Source of the DNA: Zygnema circumcarinatum SAG 698-1b
Taxonomy: Eukaryota; Plantae; Zygnematophyceae
Reading direction: 5' to 3'
Length of the DNA: 64,000 nt
Assembly: GCA_037447605.1 (NCBI GenBank)
Contig: CM074804.1
Span: 1,674,001 to 1,738,000, forward strand
Shown one piece after another: positions 1-12,674 of this stretch (positions are counted from its first letter, which is position 1; every line of letters begins with the position of its first letter). A model generated the notes under the pieces. The model did not search any database. It was not told where the DNA came from and saw only the letters and a program-made list of their open reading frames with translations. Made by a program: the position numbers and the translations under genes.

Positions 1-1
1 C

Positions 2-97
2 TTTGGCGCATCCTTAAGGGCCTGGTCGACAAATTTCAGGCGGCCAATGATAGAGCAGAGTTTGATGTTCGACCAATCACAAACAGCCATTTGGCGC
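2..97. promoter_or_regulatory. Two E2F-type TTTGGCGC sites (2-9, 90-97) with nearby CCAAT boxes; probable promoter region
   Basis: Exact TTTGGCGC matches. CCAAT occurs in GGCCAATGA (~41-49) and GACCAATCA (71-79). The target gene is unknown and may lie outside the window. Confidence 0.35.
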
Positions 98-854
98 TCT
101 GAGAGCCAGGAAAAAGATTTTTGGCCGACCCGCAGTAAGCTGTCGCGCAGTGGGCCCTCGCCACCTGGCGGGGGGGACTTCGATTATGCCAGCCAGATCC
201 TTTGTCGTCTTGTGCCAAAATGTCGGCACCGGTCATCTTAAAAAAAACAACGAAGAAGATAATTTCACAGAGTCAGAAAAAACGTTTTCTTTATTCTGCC
301 CGCGGTCCGATATAAATCTCCCAAACTGACGCACAAAAGGCCACTCATCAATTTGCGGTCAGCATTCACAAAATTCCCAAACATTATTTCCCTTTCCCTT
401 AACACCTTAGAATTTATTCGCACCTAAACAAAAAGAAATAGAACTTCGGGCAGGAGGAAACCTTTCATGGGGGGCAAAAAACCGTCCCTTCTATTTCCAC
501 ATTTGGACAGCCGCCAGCTGCGCGCCGCCCTCTGCGCGCCGCCAATTTAGTGCCGCAAAGACCCCAAACGGACTCGTTCGTCGAGCCCGGTCGCTCTCCC
601 ATTTCCCCCCGCTTCCTCTTCCTCTCTCCTCGCTGACTTTCCCGCTCCCTCTCCCTCTCTCTCTGTCTATCTCTCTCTCCCCATCTTCCTCTTCTTCTCC
701 CTCTCTCTCCCTATCGCTCTCTCTCTCTCTCTCTCGCGTTTCTTTCGCTGCCACTCCGCCGTCCCTCCCACCCCTTTCTCCGCGACATCTCCCTCTCCCC
801 CCCTCTCTCCCCCTCTCTCCCTCTCCCCCTCTCCCTCTCTCTCGTCCCCGCGCC

Positions 855-1911
<1,057 letters not shown>

Positions 1912-2545
1912 CATATAAATTTATTTTTCAGATTTCTAATAGATTATAGTTTGAAAGGGATTGGATTTGGGGGCATTTGTTGTGTGAGTGGGAGGGAGGG
2001 CCCTGATTGGTTTGTTTCAGATATATAGATTTTATTCGATCAGATTTTAAAATGTACTCGGGCGAGGAGCGTGGGCAGCATCTGAAGTTTTTTCGTCGTG
2101 GTTTTGGACTTCAGATGGTACATTTTAAAATCACAAATTGAATTCGTAGGCGTCAGATCGCAGGGCATTTATTTAGAGGCGTTTTTTTGTGGGCAGGCTT
2201 TTGTCGCACTCGGCCGGGTCTGTCCAAGCATTGCAGTCTATGATTCTGGCTGTACCCATTTTTTGTTGTTCGAGGGAACATGAGCATGGAAGAGTTACGA
2301 TCCAATGTTCGAATCTGCGCTTGACAATGCAATGTGATGCATTGCTTCTTTTTGTTTCCATTTTTACCTTTTTGCAATCATTGAATCAATCGTCAAATTC
2401 GTCTTCTTCATTCAAACGGTTGTTGTGAGCAGTGGCGGGTCCACGCGTGTCTTAAGGGGGGGAGGCCCTTCATCAAGTTTTGAGAAGCTGTACGCCTTTG
2501 AAGGTTGATTAAGTGAAAGCACACTGAAATTTAAGAGCACAGATT

Positions 2546-3012
2546 TGCACAAGTTGGACCATTGGATCGGCACCTAGTGGATGGCAATGGTTGAACGATC
2601 CGACGGTCCGCAACCATTGGATCCAATGGTTCGGAATCATTGCAATGGTTGGCTGGCGAGATCCAATGATTGGCAACCATTGGCAATGGCTGGCTGGCTC
2701 GCGATTCAATGGCTCACAACTTTGGCAATGGCTGGCTGGCCCGCGATTCAATGGCTCACAACCATTGGCAATGGCTGGCTGGTCCGCGATTCAATGGCTC
2801 ACAACTTTGGCAATGGCTGGCTGGCCCGCGATTCAATGGCTCACAACCATTGGCAATGGCTGGCTGGTCCGCGAGTCAATGGCTCACAACCATTGGCAAT
2901 GGTTGGCTGGACAGCGATCCAGTGGCTCTCAACCATTGGCAATGGTTGGCTGGCCCGCGATCCGATCGTTCACAACCATTGCAACGGTTGATCCAATGGT
3001 CCGACCCGTGCA
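2546..3012. repeat. 42/43-bp minisatellite (7 units, 2674-2972) enclosed by ~23-bp imperfect inverted repeats; possible non-autonomous DNA transposon
   Basis: Unit CAACCATTGGCAATGGCTGGCTGGCCCGCGATTCAATGGCTCA. Left TGCACAAGTTGGACCATTGGATC (2546-2568) matches the reverse complement of GATCCAATGGTCCGACCCGTGCA (2990-3012) at 20 of 23 positions. Confidence 0.85.
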
Positions 3013-4019
3013 GTTGTGACAGTTCTGCGGGGAATTTGAGACACTTGTGAACGCGGCTTGTGGCTGTTGACATTGATGGTTTGAAGGGATGAGTTCCAAC
3101 CTCAATGTACGGCATGTGAGAGGGAACACTCAGTATGAATGATGATGGGGGTGGAAGAACGGGACATGCATGCATGTGCATGTACGGTCGTGGCCGGGCG
3201 TGCTCGTTGTGAAAACTCCTCGAGCTGTCTGGTTCAGGAAGACGAGCCAAACTTCTGCAGAAAAATACAGGCTAAGAAAATGCGGTTTTCGGGTGGAATC
3301 AGGTTCCATGCACCTGGACCGGATATTGTGGAAATATTCACTGTTCGCCTTGTGAAAAATCGCTGATGCTTTTAGGCGATTAATATGCTCCGCAATGTGC
3401 ACTATTTCGAATTATGAAAGCCGGAAAATAATTTTATGGCCATCCCGGGACAGGTTGGCAGAGCTAACTTCTCATTCACAAAAGGTTCTTTTTATTTTAC
3501 TTCAGGAAATATCTCGCATATAGACCCTAACTTTAAAGAATGGAAACTTCGTCTCACCGGCCGAAGCACGAGACCCTTTTTGATAAGTTTAGTCAAAAGG
3601 GGTATAACAGGTGTGAATGTAACTTTAACGGAACAAACCATTGATTTTGAACTATGGTTTTGTCCCTCATGGACAGCTTACGCTCTCACAAGACAATCAA
3701 TCGAAGCCAAGGCAATCAACTGCCAATCGGCCGACCAATTAAGCTCAAGCTTTATCTTCCATCAAAGTCAAAACTTTAAGGAAAGTCAGGAGATGGAGCG
3801 AGAGAGGGAGGGAAGGAGGGAGGGAAGGAGGGAGGGAAGGAGGGAGGGAGGGAGAGAGGGAAGGAAAAGGAGAGGGAGGAGGCAAGAGTTTCAATCTTTC
3901 TACAGTGTACAGGTAGTCATGGCCTCTCTCAGCCTATTGATCAGGCTCACCCTCTCTACCCTAAACAAGACTTTGAATTCCGACATCAGTTTCTCCGACA
4001 TCACCGACTCCTACATCCC

Positions 4020-6453
4020 CTACGATTTCGTGAGCTGCAACATAAAAAACTGGTCATCAAAAGTCAACCCTGTCGCAGTATGGCCCTGCTGCTCTCCATC
4101 CACCATTCCTCCAAAAACAAGTACTGCACAACCCCCTCCTAATGCGCAAGCTCCATGGTAAGACCTCCGACTGGGAGTCTCTCCCTCACAGCTCACAAGC
4201 CTCCAAAGCTGCCCTCTCTCTCTCCTTCCTCCTCCCTCTCCTCCCCTCTCTCCTTCCCTCTCCTTCCCCCTCATTCTCCCATCCTCACTCCCTCCAGCTG
4301 TCTCTCTTCCATGTATCTCCCCCTCATCCATGGCCACCTCTCCCACTTCTCTCTCACCAATCTTCGGCTCTCCCTCGCCTTCCCCTCCCACTATCTCCGG
4401 AACCACTTGCAAATCGCCGTTGTGTGGAAGTTCAACATCCGGAACTGCGAAGCCTCCATCAACCTCCTCCTCCAACGGAACCCTAATTCTCCCTCTCGCC
4501 ACCGGTTTCAAAGCGTTCACACTATGCGAACGGGCTTCCTGCTGCGGATCAAGTACCCAAACATCTGATTTCCTCCCTCTCCTCCCATCCTCCCCCCCAA
4601 AAATCAAGACTCTCCCTCCCAAAATTGAAGTTGCAGAATGTCCTGCTCGAGGTCCTGGACAGTGCAAACACTGCTCCTCTGTGTGAGGAGAGTGAGAGGC
4701 CTCCACTCTCACCCACGAGGGTTCAGAGCCACTCTCTCCCAGCTCTAAAACCCACACATCACTCAAAACCTCTAGTTTCGCTCCTCTCCCTCCGTACAAG
4801 ACGAGTCGGTCATCTCCTACCCATGTGAGGGAGTGCCCTGAACGCGGCTGTGGCGAATTAGCTGTCGCCAGCTGTCGCCACGTGAGTGGCTCTTCCGTGA
4901 GGTCCAACATCCACGTGTCACCCAATCGTACGGCTCCATCTCCAATGCCTCCAAAAACGACAACCTTCAACCCTCCCGCATATGAAGCTGCATGGGCCCC
5001 TCTAGGGACAGGGGAGTCGATGACAGGGAGACGGCTCCATGTGGCAGTTCCGTTCCGTTCCGTTCTGTTGTGGTCAACAGTAAACAGCCATGTTTCGTTC
5101 GATCTCACCCCAAAATCATTTATACCTCCAAAGATTAAAAGAGAATTTCCGACTACTGTGCAGCTTTGTTGGAACCTTCCTGCAGGCTGATCCTGAGTCA
5201 CTGCTTCCTGCCATTCTAACCCTAATTTTGAGCCACCTGGCAGCAGGAGGTGGGCCGGATTTGCAAGCCACGTGTCATCAAGATGACGACCTGCCGAGAG
5301 AGCATCGAGGGACTGAAAATTAGGGGAAAGAAAAAATGCAAAAATGTGAAACAATAAAGGGTTAAAAAATAGGCCATGATCGTTTGTTTACAGGGTGTAA
5401 ACTTTTGCAGATTTTGGGGATATTGCAGATTTGAAAAAGAAAGCAAAATGAAGGAGATTGCAACTATGTATGCGAGCACATGAACCCTGAAGATATCCTG
5501 AACACTAAAATTATAGGATAAGACGTGGAGTCCAGATTTTCTTCAAGATTTTGTGAAGAAACTTGTTAGCTGCTTAAGGTAAAGGTCTAAGATCCTAATG
5601 AGAACTAGCCCTCCACTGCCAACAGATAACATAGTTGTGTTCTCTCTCCCTTTCTCTTTCCCTCTATTCCCTCTACTCTTCGCCTCTACCTCTGCCTCTG
5701 CCTCTGCCTCCCCCTTTTCACTTCCCCCCTGTCACACTCACTCCCTCTCACTCCATCCCAACACCCCCTCGCCCCTTCTCCCCCCTTCCCCCTTCCCCTA
5801 CATCCCTGCTCCCTCTCCAACCACTCTCCCTTCCCCCCCTTCCCTTCCCTTCCCTCCACTCCCCTCCTCCCCTTCCCCCTCCCTTCTCTCCCCCTTCCTC
5901 CCCCTCTCTCTTCCATTCCCCCTTCCTCTCCCCCCCCTTCCTCTCCCCCCCTTCCTCTCCCTCCCCCTCCTTTCCCTCTCTCTCCCTCCCTCCCCTCCCT
6001 CTCTCCCTACCCTCTTCTCCTCCTCCCCCTCTCTCTCCCTCCCTCCCGCCCACCTCCATGGCAGCCTCCCCCAAAAACCGCCAGCCGCCCATCCACCACC
6101 GCCATGGAGTGCGATGCCCGCGCCCTGGGCGCATCAGCTGGCTGATCCACGCGGCGCCACGTGGCGCCATCTAGCGCCGCCACGTCCTTGTACAGCCCCG
6201 CCCACCCCCTGCGCCGCCACGTGGCTTCCGGAACCTCATCGCAGAGTGGGCCCCACTGTCTGCGGCAGACGGCGCTCCAGACGCCGTCTGACGTGGCCAG
6301 GCGTCTGTACAGACGACACGTGGCAGCAAAAGAGGCCACGGAGGAGGGCGGGAGGAACTGCAAAATGAGTGCCACGTGTTCAGCTTCCAGCGACTCGAGG
6401 GAGGGCCCCTGGCGGGACGGGGGGGGGGCTTTGGAGGAAGAGAGGGAGCCCAT
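4020..6453 (-). CDS. F-box/kelch-repeat protein, At1g51550-like
   Basis: Exon 1 (6453-6054) encodes an F-box (ILQFLPPSSVASFAATCRLYRRLATSDGVW) and ends FGGGCHG. Exon 2 (5290-4020) starts GRHLDDTW and carries successive kelch repeats (FGG...DTW, PRSGHS, PRAGHSA, RRSYHGAC). The phase-1 intron joins correctly. Confidence 0.92.
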
Positions 6454-7085
6454 GCTGAGAGGGGACTACGAGGGTTCAGGGACTTGGGGGCGTTGGGGGT
6501 TTACGGGACATGGCGGAGGAAGATGGGGAAACCCTAAAATGGGCGGGGGGGACGGGGAGGGGGAGTGCCACGTGGCTGTTCCTAGGGTTCAAATAGATTT
6601 GGGTTTTTTTTCTTTTTCTGGGGTGGGGGGAAAGTGAGAGTTGCAAACCAAAAAACCCAGATTCCGAAAGCCCCCAAATCCCGAAATCAACTTGTAAGCC
6701 CAAAACACACAAATCCCGAAAGCCCCAAAACACAAAATCCTTCAAGCCTGGCTCCTGTGAAGCCCGAGATAGAGAGAGAGAGAGTGCGAGAGAGAAAGTG
6801 GGAGAGAGAGAGTGGGAGAGAGAGAGGGAGAGAGAGTGAGAGCGAGAGAGAGAGAGAGAGAGTGGTAGAGAGGGGGAGGAGAGAGAGAGAGAGAGGGAGA
6901 GAGTGGGAGAGGGAGAGACGAAGAGCGGGAGAGAAAAAGAGAGCGGGTCCGAGGGAGCCAAAAGGACTTTTGAAAGTCCGACACTGTCCATTCAGGCACA
7001 GTGTACGGTCCGTACAGAGTCCCGTATCATATATCCAGGCCTCCTCAAATAGGGGATTTGGCCTAATATATGGAATGTACCCTAA

Positions 7086-8032
7086 GGGTAGTGATATTTC
7101 CACCCCTTTTTTGGATCCAAACACCCCTTCCCGGCCGGGCAGATTTCAAAAGGGATTAAAAACAGAAAATGCTTTTTTCACACCTTTTTGGAATCGATAC
7201 CCACCTTCTTCCGTCGGCTGATTTTATTTTTGCTAACCAAGGAAAATGATACCCCGTAACCGCATTTTGAATACTGTATCCCGCCTCCCTGAATTTTTTT
7301 TTTGAGGGAAAGAAATATCTGCCTGCCCGAATCCGCTCGTAGCGGAAGATCCGTCCGCCACGAGATCGTTCGCGGGTGTCCGTCCTTCACACGTGCGTGT
7401 CAATCGCATCTGTCGATTTCCCTCGCAGATCGCACCACTGCAGATCACCGTTCGATCTGCAGCCGGGCTCGATCTTAGCAAATGGAAAGCGCCCACGAGT
7501 CCCGTCAAAGCCAAACCGCAGGTGCGAGTGCGCGCGTCCCTCGGCCCGAGATCTCGTCATTGTTATCTCCAAACCAATCAACATCTGCCACGTGTTACCT
7601 TTTTGACGTGGAAAATTTTGATTGGTCTGAAATCTCAATGTACGAAATTTTGGGTTCCTCAAGTTGCGACCTTACGACATTTGTACGGACACACTTTTGA
7701 GAGGACTTTGGCGGGATACGTGGGCACGTGCCATGCGCTGTGACCGAGCCCGGCTGCAGATCAAATAGTGATCTGCCGTGTGGCGATCTGCGAGGGAATC
7801 AACGGCTGCGATTGCCCGCACGCGTGAAAAAAAATTCAGGTAGGCGGCATATTCAAATGGGGTGACGGGTTATCATTTTCCTTGTTTCGCAGAAATAAAA
7901 TCTGCCGATGGAGGGTGGTATCGATTCCAAAAAGGTGTGAAAAAAGCATTTTCCATTTTTAATCCGTTTTGAAATCTGCCCGGCCGGGAAGGGGTGTTTG
8001 GATCCAAAAAAGGGGTGGAAATTTCACTACCC
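7086..8032. mobile_element. 947-bp non-autonomous foldback element with long TIRs and an 8-bp TSD (Mutator-like inferred)
   Basis: Left arm 7086-~7470 (GGGTAGTGATATTTCCACCCC...) is the reverse complement of right arm ~7745-8032 (...GGGGTGGAAATTTCACTACCC). TACCCTAA flanks both ends (7078-7085 and 8033-8040). No transposase ORF. Confidence 0.9.
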
Positions 8033-8124
8033 TACCCTAAATTGGGTTTGGATAAACCCGTAAATAAGGCATGTACGGACGATACATATGTACGGATATG
8101 TACGGATGGTGTTTTTTTTTAGTA

Positions 8125-8615
8125 CAGTCTAATCACGTTATAGTGACCGTGTCGGTCCCCACTCCCCACATGTTTGTGTCACTATACCGGTAATGACCCG
8201 TTTGTCATTTCACATTTATAGTAACAATGCTATTAGATATGTTTTTGCGGTATGTCCGTACGCCTTTGATACCGTACATTGTACTTTTTGGGCAGTCGTC
8301 ACGTGGGTAGGTGTGTACGAACCCTAGTGAGAATATGTACGGACAAGTTGATATGTACGGTCAAGTCGATATCTGACGGTATTAGTCGATAATATGTACG
8401 GTCATAATATATTTGTAACGCATATTCCAATACGTGGGTGGATAATATCGGCATTTTGAACATATAGTAACAATTAGGGCTTTTCAGCGTCGTTATATCC
8501 GTAGTGGCGTCACTACTGGCGCAGGATCTGCAGTGGTGCAATTCCGTTCCCGGAAAAAAAGTCAGTATATCCATGCTGTTCTTATAAAAAGTGTCACTAT
8601 AACGTGATTAGACTG
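8125..8615. mobile_element. 491-bp MITE, Tc1/mariner-pogo type
   Basis: Perfect 23-bp TIRs CAGTCTAATCACGTTATAGTGAC (8125-8147) and GTCACTATAACGTGATTAGACTG (8593-8615), flanked by TA on both sides. A CAGT start plus TA TSD is typical of Tc1/pogo. Confidence 0.9.
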
Positions 8616-8757
8616 TAATTTGAAGCAGTTTGAAAGTTGTCGTCTTGTGGAGCCTCGAAGCAGTGAGAGCTGCAGCGAAAGAGGACGGACATTTTTATTT
8701 CATTTGCAATTTTAGTTCCTATTTCAGTTTCTTTTTGTGGCTAAAACCCTAAACCCT

Positions 8758-9161
8758 GCACCCTGAACTTTAAACCCTAAACCCAGATGTAGCCATGGCC
8801 GCACGCCTCCCCCGCCATGGCCGCCTCCTCGGCCTCGACGTGGGCGAGCGCGTGGTGGGAGTGGCCCTCTCCGACACGTGTCAGCGCCTCGCGTCTCCTC
8901 TCTGGTGCGTTCACAAGTGTGAATAAGAAGGAAGGAGCTGAAGTCCGTACAGTAGAGCCGCACCCTGAACTTTAAACCCTAAACCCAGATGTAGCCATGG
9001 CCGCACGCCTCCCCCGCCATGGCCGCCTCCTCGGCCTCGACGTGGGCGAGCGCGTGGTGGGAGTGGCCCTCTCCGACACGTGTCAGCGCCTCGCGTCTCC
9101 TCTCTGGTGCGTTCACAAGTGTGAATAAGAAGGAAGGAGCTGAAGTCCGTACAGTAGAGCC
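8758..9161. repeat. Exact 202-bp tandem duplication containing the first recognisable YqgF coding exon
   Basis: 8758-8959 and 8960-9161 appear identical on reading. Confidence 0.95.
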
Positions 9162-11207
9162 ATGGATGGAGGCTTCGAGAGGCATCAACTTAGGGTTTTT
9201 GTGACTTTAGGGTTTCTGAAAATTTAGGGTTCCTTTGGTTCCGTTACAGATGATAGGGTTTGTGGGATACACAGATTCTCTTGTTCATTTTTTCCGTTTT
9301 TTATTCCTTTTTTCGAATCTCTTTTCTCCGATTAAAATTCGTTCATTTGTACATTTTACTGTTTTTTTTGCAGCGTTCTCTTTCGGTCGACTACGAGCAT
9401 CCCCATTTTTGAGCAGCTCGTATGGCCGTTCACTCTAACCCTCAATGTGTCTTTATGCCCTTCTCCAGTCTTACCCTAATCTTCTCTCTGATACCAGCAT
9501 TCATTTTGACCGGAGACACTTTTTGCAAAAATTATTATATATTCGAATGCAGTTCGAGTATCCACCTTACACTTCAACCCTAATCCTAACTCTCCTATTT
9601 AGAACTTGATTCCAACACTATTAAACATTGTTCAACTGTAACTCAAGTCCTAACCCTAATTCTTTACCAGCTTCACCAGCTTATGACCCTAACATAATCT
9701 TACCTCGACTGCTACACTTGAGCCTTAACTTTACTCTTACCTTAAAAAAACATTTCACATCAGCACCTTTCTCACTTCAAGTTATTGCCAATATCAAAGC
9801 GACATTACAGCCAACTCTAACTCTAACCCTAACTTTAACCCTAATTGTAACTCAGATTCAACTCCTTCCTCTCCTTGTAACCCTAACCCTTAACATTTCC
9901 CTAAAGTTAATTATAAAAGTCAGCCCTTATTCAGCTTTATCACTTAATTCAAGTTGACCCTAACATTAACATAAAACATCAGCAAACTCTATGTAAGTCT
10001 GAAATGATTCTAAAACGGTTTTTCATATCAATTTGGCACTAGTATGAAAAGTTGAACATCCTTTCCTTTTTGTATTTGAACAGGTGCAGGAATTTGGAGT
10101 GGTGGGACTTGTTGTGGGCGACCCGGTCGATTTCTCAGGAAAATCCAACAATATGGTGGATCATCAACTGAACTGAAACTGAATTTGTGGTTCCATGTCC
10201 AATTCAGTGGTTAAACATGGAAAAGCGGTCAAACCTTGACTCTGGGTTTTATTTTATTTTTCAAAGAAAAGCGCCTGGAATTCTGTAATTAGCTTATAAA
10301 GGTTGGTAAATAACGGAGGAAACGCTGGTGTTGCTGGCAGTTCTACATATTTTTTTCTTAGCTTCTTTCATTTTCTTATTTCTTCTGTGCTATATTTGTA
10401 ACGGGTCCATGTGGAAAATTTTCAGATCCGAGAGTTTTTGTCCGAGCTCGGAAACGGACCCCATGTCAAAAATCTTCCGTATGTGTTGTGGAATGAGCGG
10501 CTTTCAACTGCAGTGAGCGGCCAACCTCTTCCCTCCCTCTCCCTCTCCCTCTCCCTCTCCCTCTCCCTCTCCCNNNNNNNNNNCCCTCTCCCTCTCCCTC
10601 TCCCTTCCTTCTATCCTGCTCTTCTCCAACGTCTCCATCCGTTTCTTTCTCTCTCCTTGCCCCAATTCTGCTCCTCCCGCCCTCTTCCCCCTCTCCCCCT
10701 CTCGTCTTCCCCTTCCCCTTGCCCCTTCCTGTCTTTCTTCTACTCCCTCTGTCTCATTCCCCCCCCCTCTCTCTCGCTCCCCAACCTCCGCCTCCCTATC
10801 TCCCACTTCCCTCCCCCTCCCCTCCCCCTCTCTCTCCCTCTCCCACCCCCTCCCCTCCCAGGCTGCCCGCAGCACGCTGGAGGCCCTGGACCCCTCCCCG
10901 AGCGCGTATCGCCGCAAACTCATCGCGGACAAAATGTCCGCCGTCGCCATTCTGCAGGCGCGGCCTCTTTTTCTCTTGCTCTTCTTGTGTTTGCAGTTCA
11001 AGAAATAAAGTGGAAAATGAAGTTAGAACCTGGAAAAAAATGGTAAAAGAGTCGAAATACGGCGTCTCTGAGTTGTTATTGTTGGCAAAATTCGGCACTC
11101 GGTCCCAAGTAAATGATGAACAGTTTGGGTTTATGGGTTGACGCTTTCAGGGCTGCCTCGACGCCGGGGCGCGGAATGGCCGAGGAGGGGCCGTCAACAA
11201 ACCCTAA
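8997..11207 (+). CDS. YqgF/RuvX-family nuclease (pre-16S rRNA nuclease / Holliday-junction-resolvase-like), At1g12244-like
   Basis: Exons are 8997-9106 (or the duplicate 8795-8904; RLLGLDVGERVVGVALSD), 9374-9419, 10084-10155 (GLVVGDP), 10426-10512 (LWNERLST), 10862-10957 (DKMSAVAILQ) and 11151-11207 (GCLD...*). The catalytic D...DER/NER...D motifs of YqgF are present. The true start codon and a possible microexon are uncertain. Confidence 0.88.
9577..9968. repeat. Degenerate CCCTAA (TTAGGG-type) hexamer-rich tract in a YqgF intron
   Basis: For example CTCTAA CTCTAA CCCTAA CTTTAA CCCTAA TTGTAA at ~9815-9850, plus several further AACCCTAA copies. Confidence 0.6.
10574..10583. other. Assembly gap (10 N); other gaps at 14396-14405 and 16160-16169
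   Basis: N runs inside CT/GA tracts. Confidence 0.99.
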
Positions 11208-12674
11208 TTCTTTCACCCTTTTTCGTTCCTAATTTAATTACTTTCTTTTCTTTGTGCCATAACTTGAAGTGTTTTCTTTTGCTTCAGCTCAGCAAATAAC
11301 TCTTCGATTTTAGCTTCAGTTGCTTCCATGGCTTATTTGACCGTTCCAGCCTAGCCTACGCCACCCTCCTGTACGATCGAGACCATTCATTTTGGGATTA
11401 TTTTAATTTTTTAGTAACCTGTATGGAATCGGAATTTGCAATTTAGGGGGGGGGGTGGAGGGGGGGATTATAGTTTTATACATGCACAAAAATCTGGGGA
11501 TTGCCGAGATGCAAATTTTTTGCACCTGGCTGGAACACTTTACCATTCTGGACCTGTCGTTTTGCAGATTTTTTTTAGTACGGATCAGAGCGTACTTCGA
11601 CTTGTTTTCCTTTCTTTCTCTTTGAAAATTTTTCATGTAACTCTTGTGGTTCTGGCAGTTCTCTTGGGTTTTGAGGGTTTCGTAACGTTGTTTGGAAGCA
11701 GATGTTTCCTGAATTGGATTTCATAACGACGAGGAATGGAAAAGAGCGGGTGCTGGCAGAAGGTCGCCCGTCCTTATCCCTTAAGAACGACTTTTTCTTT
11801 GCAAGACAGAGGAGAGGCAGGGAGGGAGGACGAGAGAGCATTGAGTGCAAGTCGAACAAAAGTCAAGTCTCAACTTTTGATGAACGTCCTCCAAATTCCT
11901 TTAGTGGCTGCATGGGATCACTGTGAGTTGGAGGAGCGGAGGGAGAGAGGGTAGGGAAATTGGCAAGCAACCAAACAAGGCAAGAGGGGAGGCAGACTGA
12001 TCTTAGCTCCATTGAAACAACATAGGTAACACGGTGCAGAATTCCGCGTTCATGCATTACACGCAAACACACCCTCAGCGCAACTTTTCATCAAATAAAT
12101 ATCTCGTCAGAAAGGTCGCACATTATTCCTTGAATCTGACAGATCACCCTTCTCTCCAGCTCCTACATAGCAGCCCTACCCCAACCCTCCCCTCCATCAT
12201 GCACCAAACACATACTAACCATTCTCAGTATCCCTACAACTATCAAATTTAGTGAAGATGTTTAGCGGTCTCACTCTCCCTCTCTCTTCCTCTCACTCCC
12301 GTGCTCCCTAGTACCTTTCCATAGTATCCCTATCCCACTAACCCCACTCCCGCCCTCTAAAGTAGAAAATGCCAAAAACCCTATACACCCATGCAACCTC
12401 ATTCACAATCTCCCTCTCTCTGAATCCCATCTCCTACCCATCCCTCCGAACAGTTCACTCCCCCCCCCCTACCCCCCTAATCAGTTTCTCCCCTAACTTC
12501 CCCATACTCCAAGGCATTCACTCAAAAGGTCACTGTGAGAACCAACGCCTCCACCCAATGAAGTCGCAGCGGTTCAATTCCTCCACTCCGTAAAGTTTCC
12601 AATAGAGACCAGCTATTGCCCTCCCTCGCCCCTTTCCCTATACCCTCTCTCTCCCTTCCCGCAGAATTTCGGGT

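Noticed and set aside
2430-2445. CAGTGGCGGGTCCAC resembling a hAT terminal inverted repeat
   Set aside because: No matching reverse-complement end or TSD found nearby.
2674-2972. CRISPR-like array of palindromic repeats
   Set aside because: Units are contiguous with no unique spacers, no cas genes are present, and the context is eukaryotic. It is a minisatellite.
2581-3050. Three overlapping ORFs (WLAGPRFNGSQPLAM repeats)
   Set aside because: They arise from a stop-free 43-bp unit cycling through frames; no independent coding evidence.
3436-4161. 241-aa + strand ORF
   Set aside because: It is antisense to the F-box gene's 3' end, is partly a GA repeat, and has no recognisable motifs.
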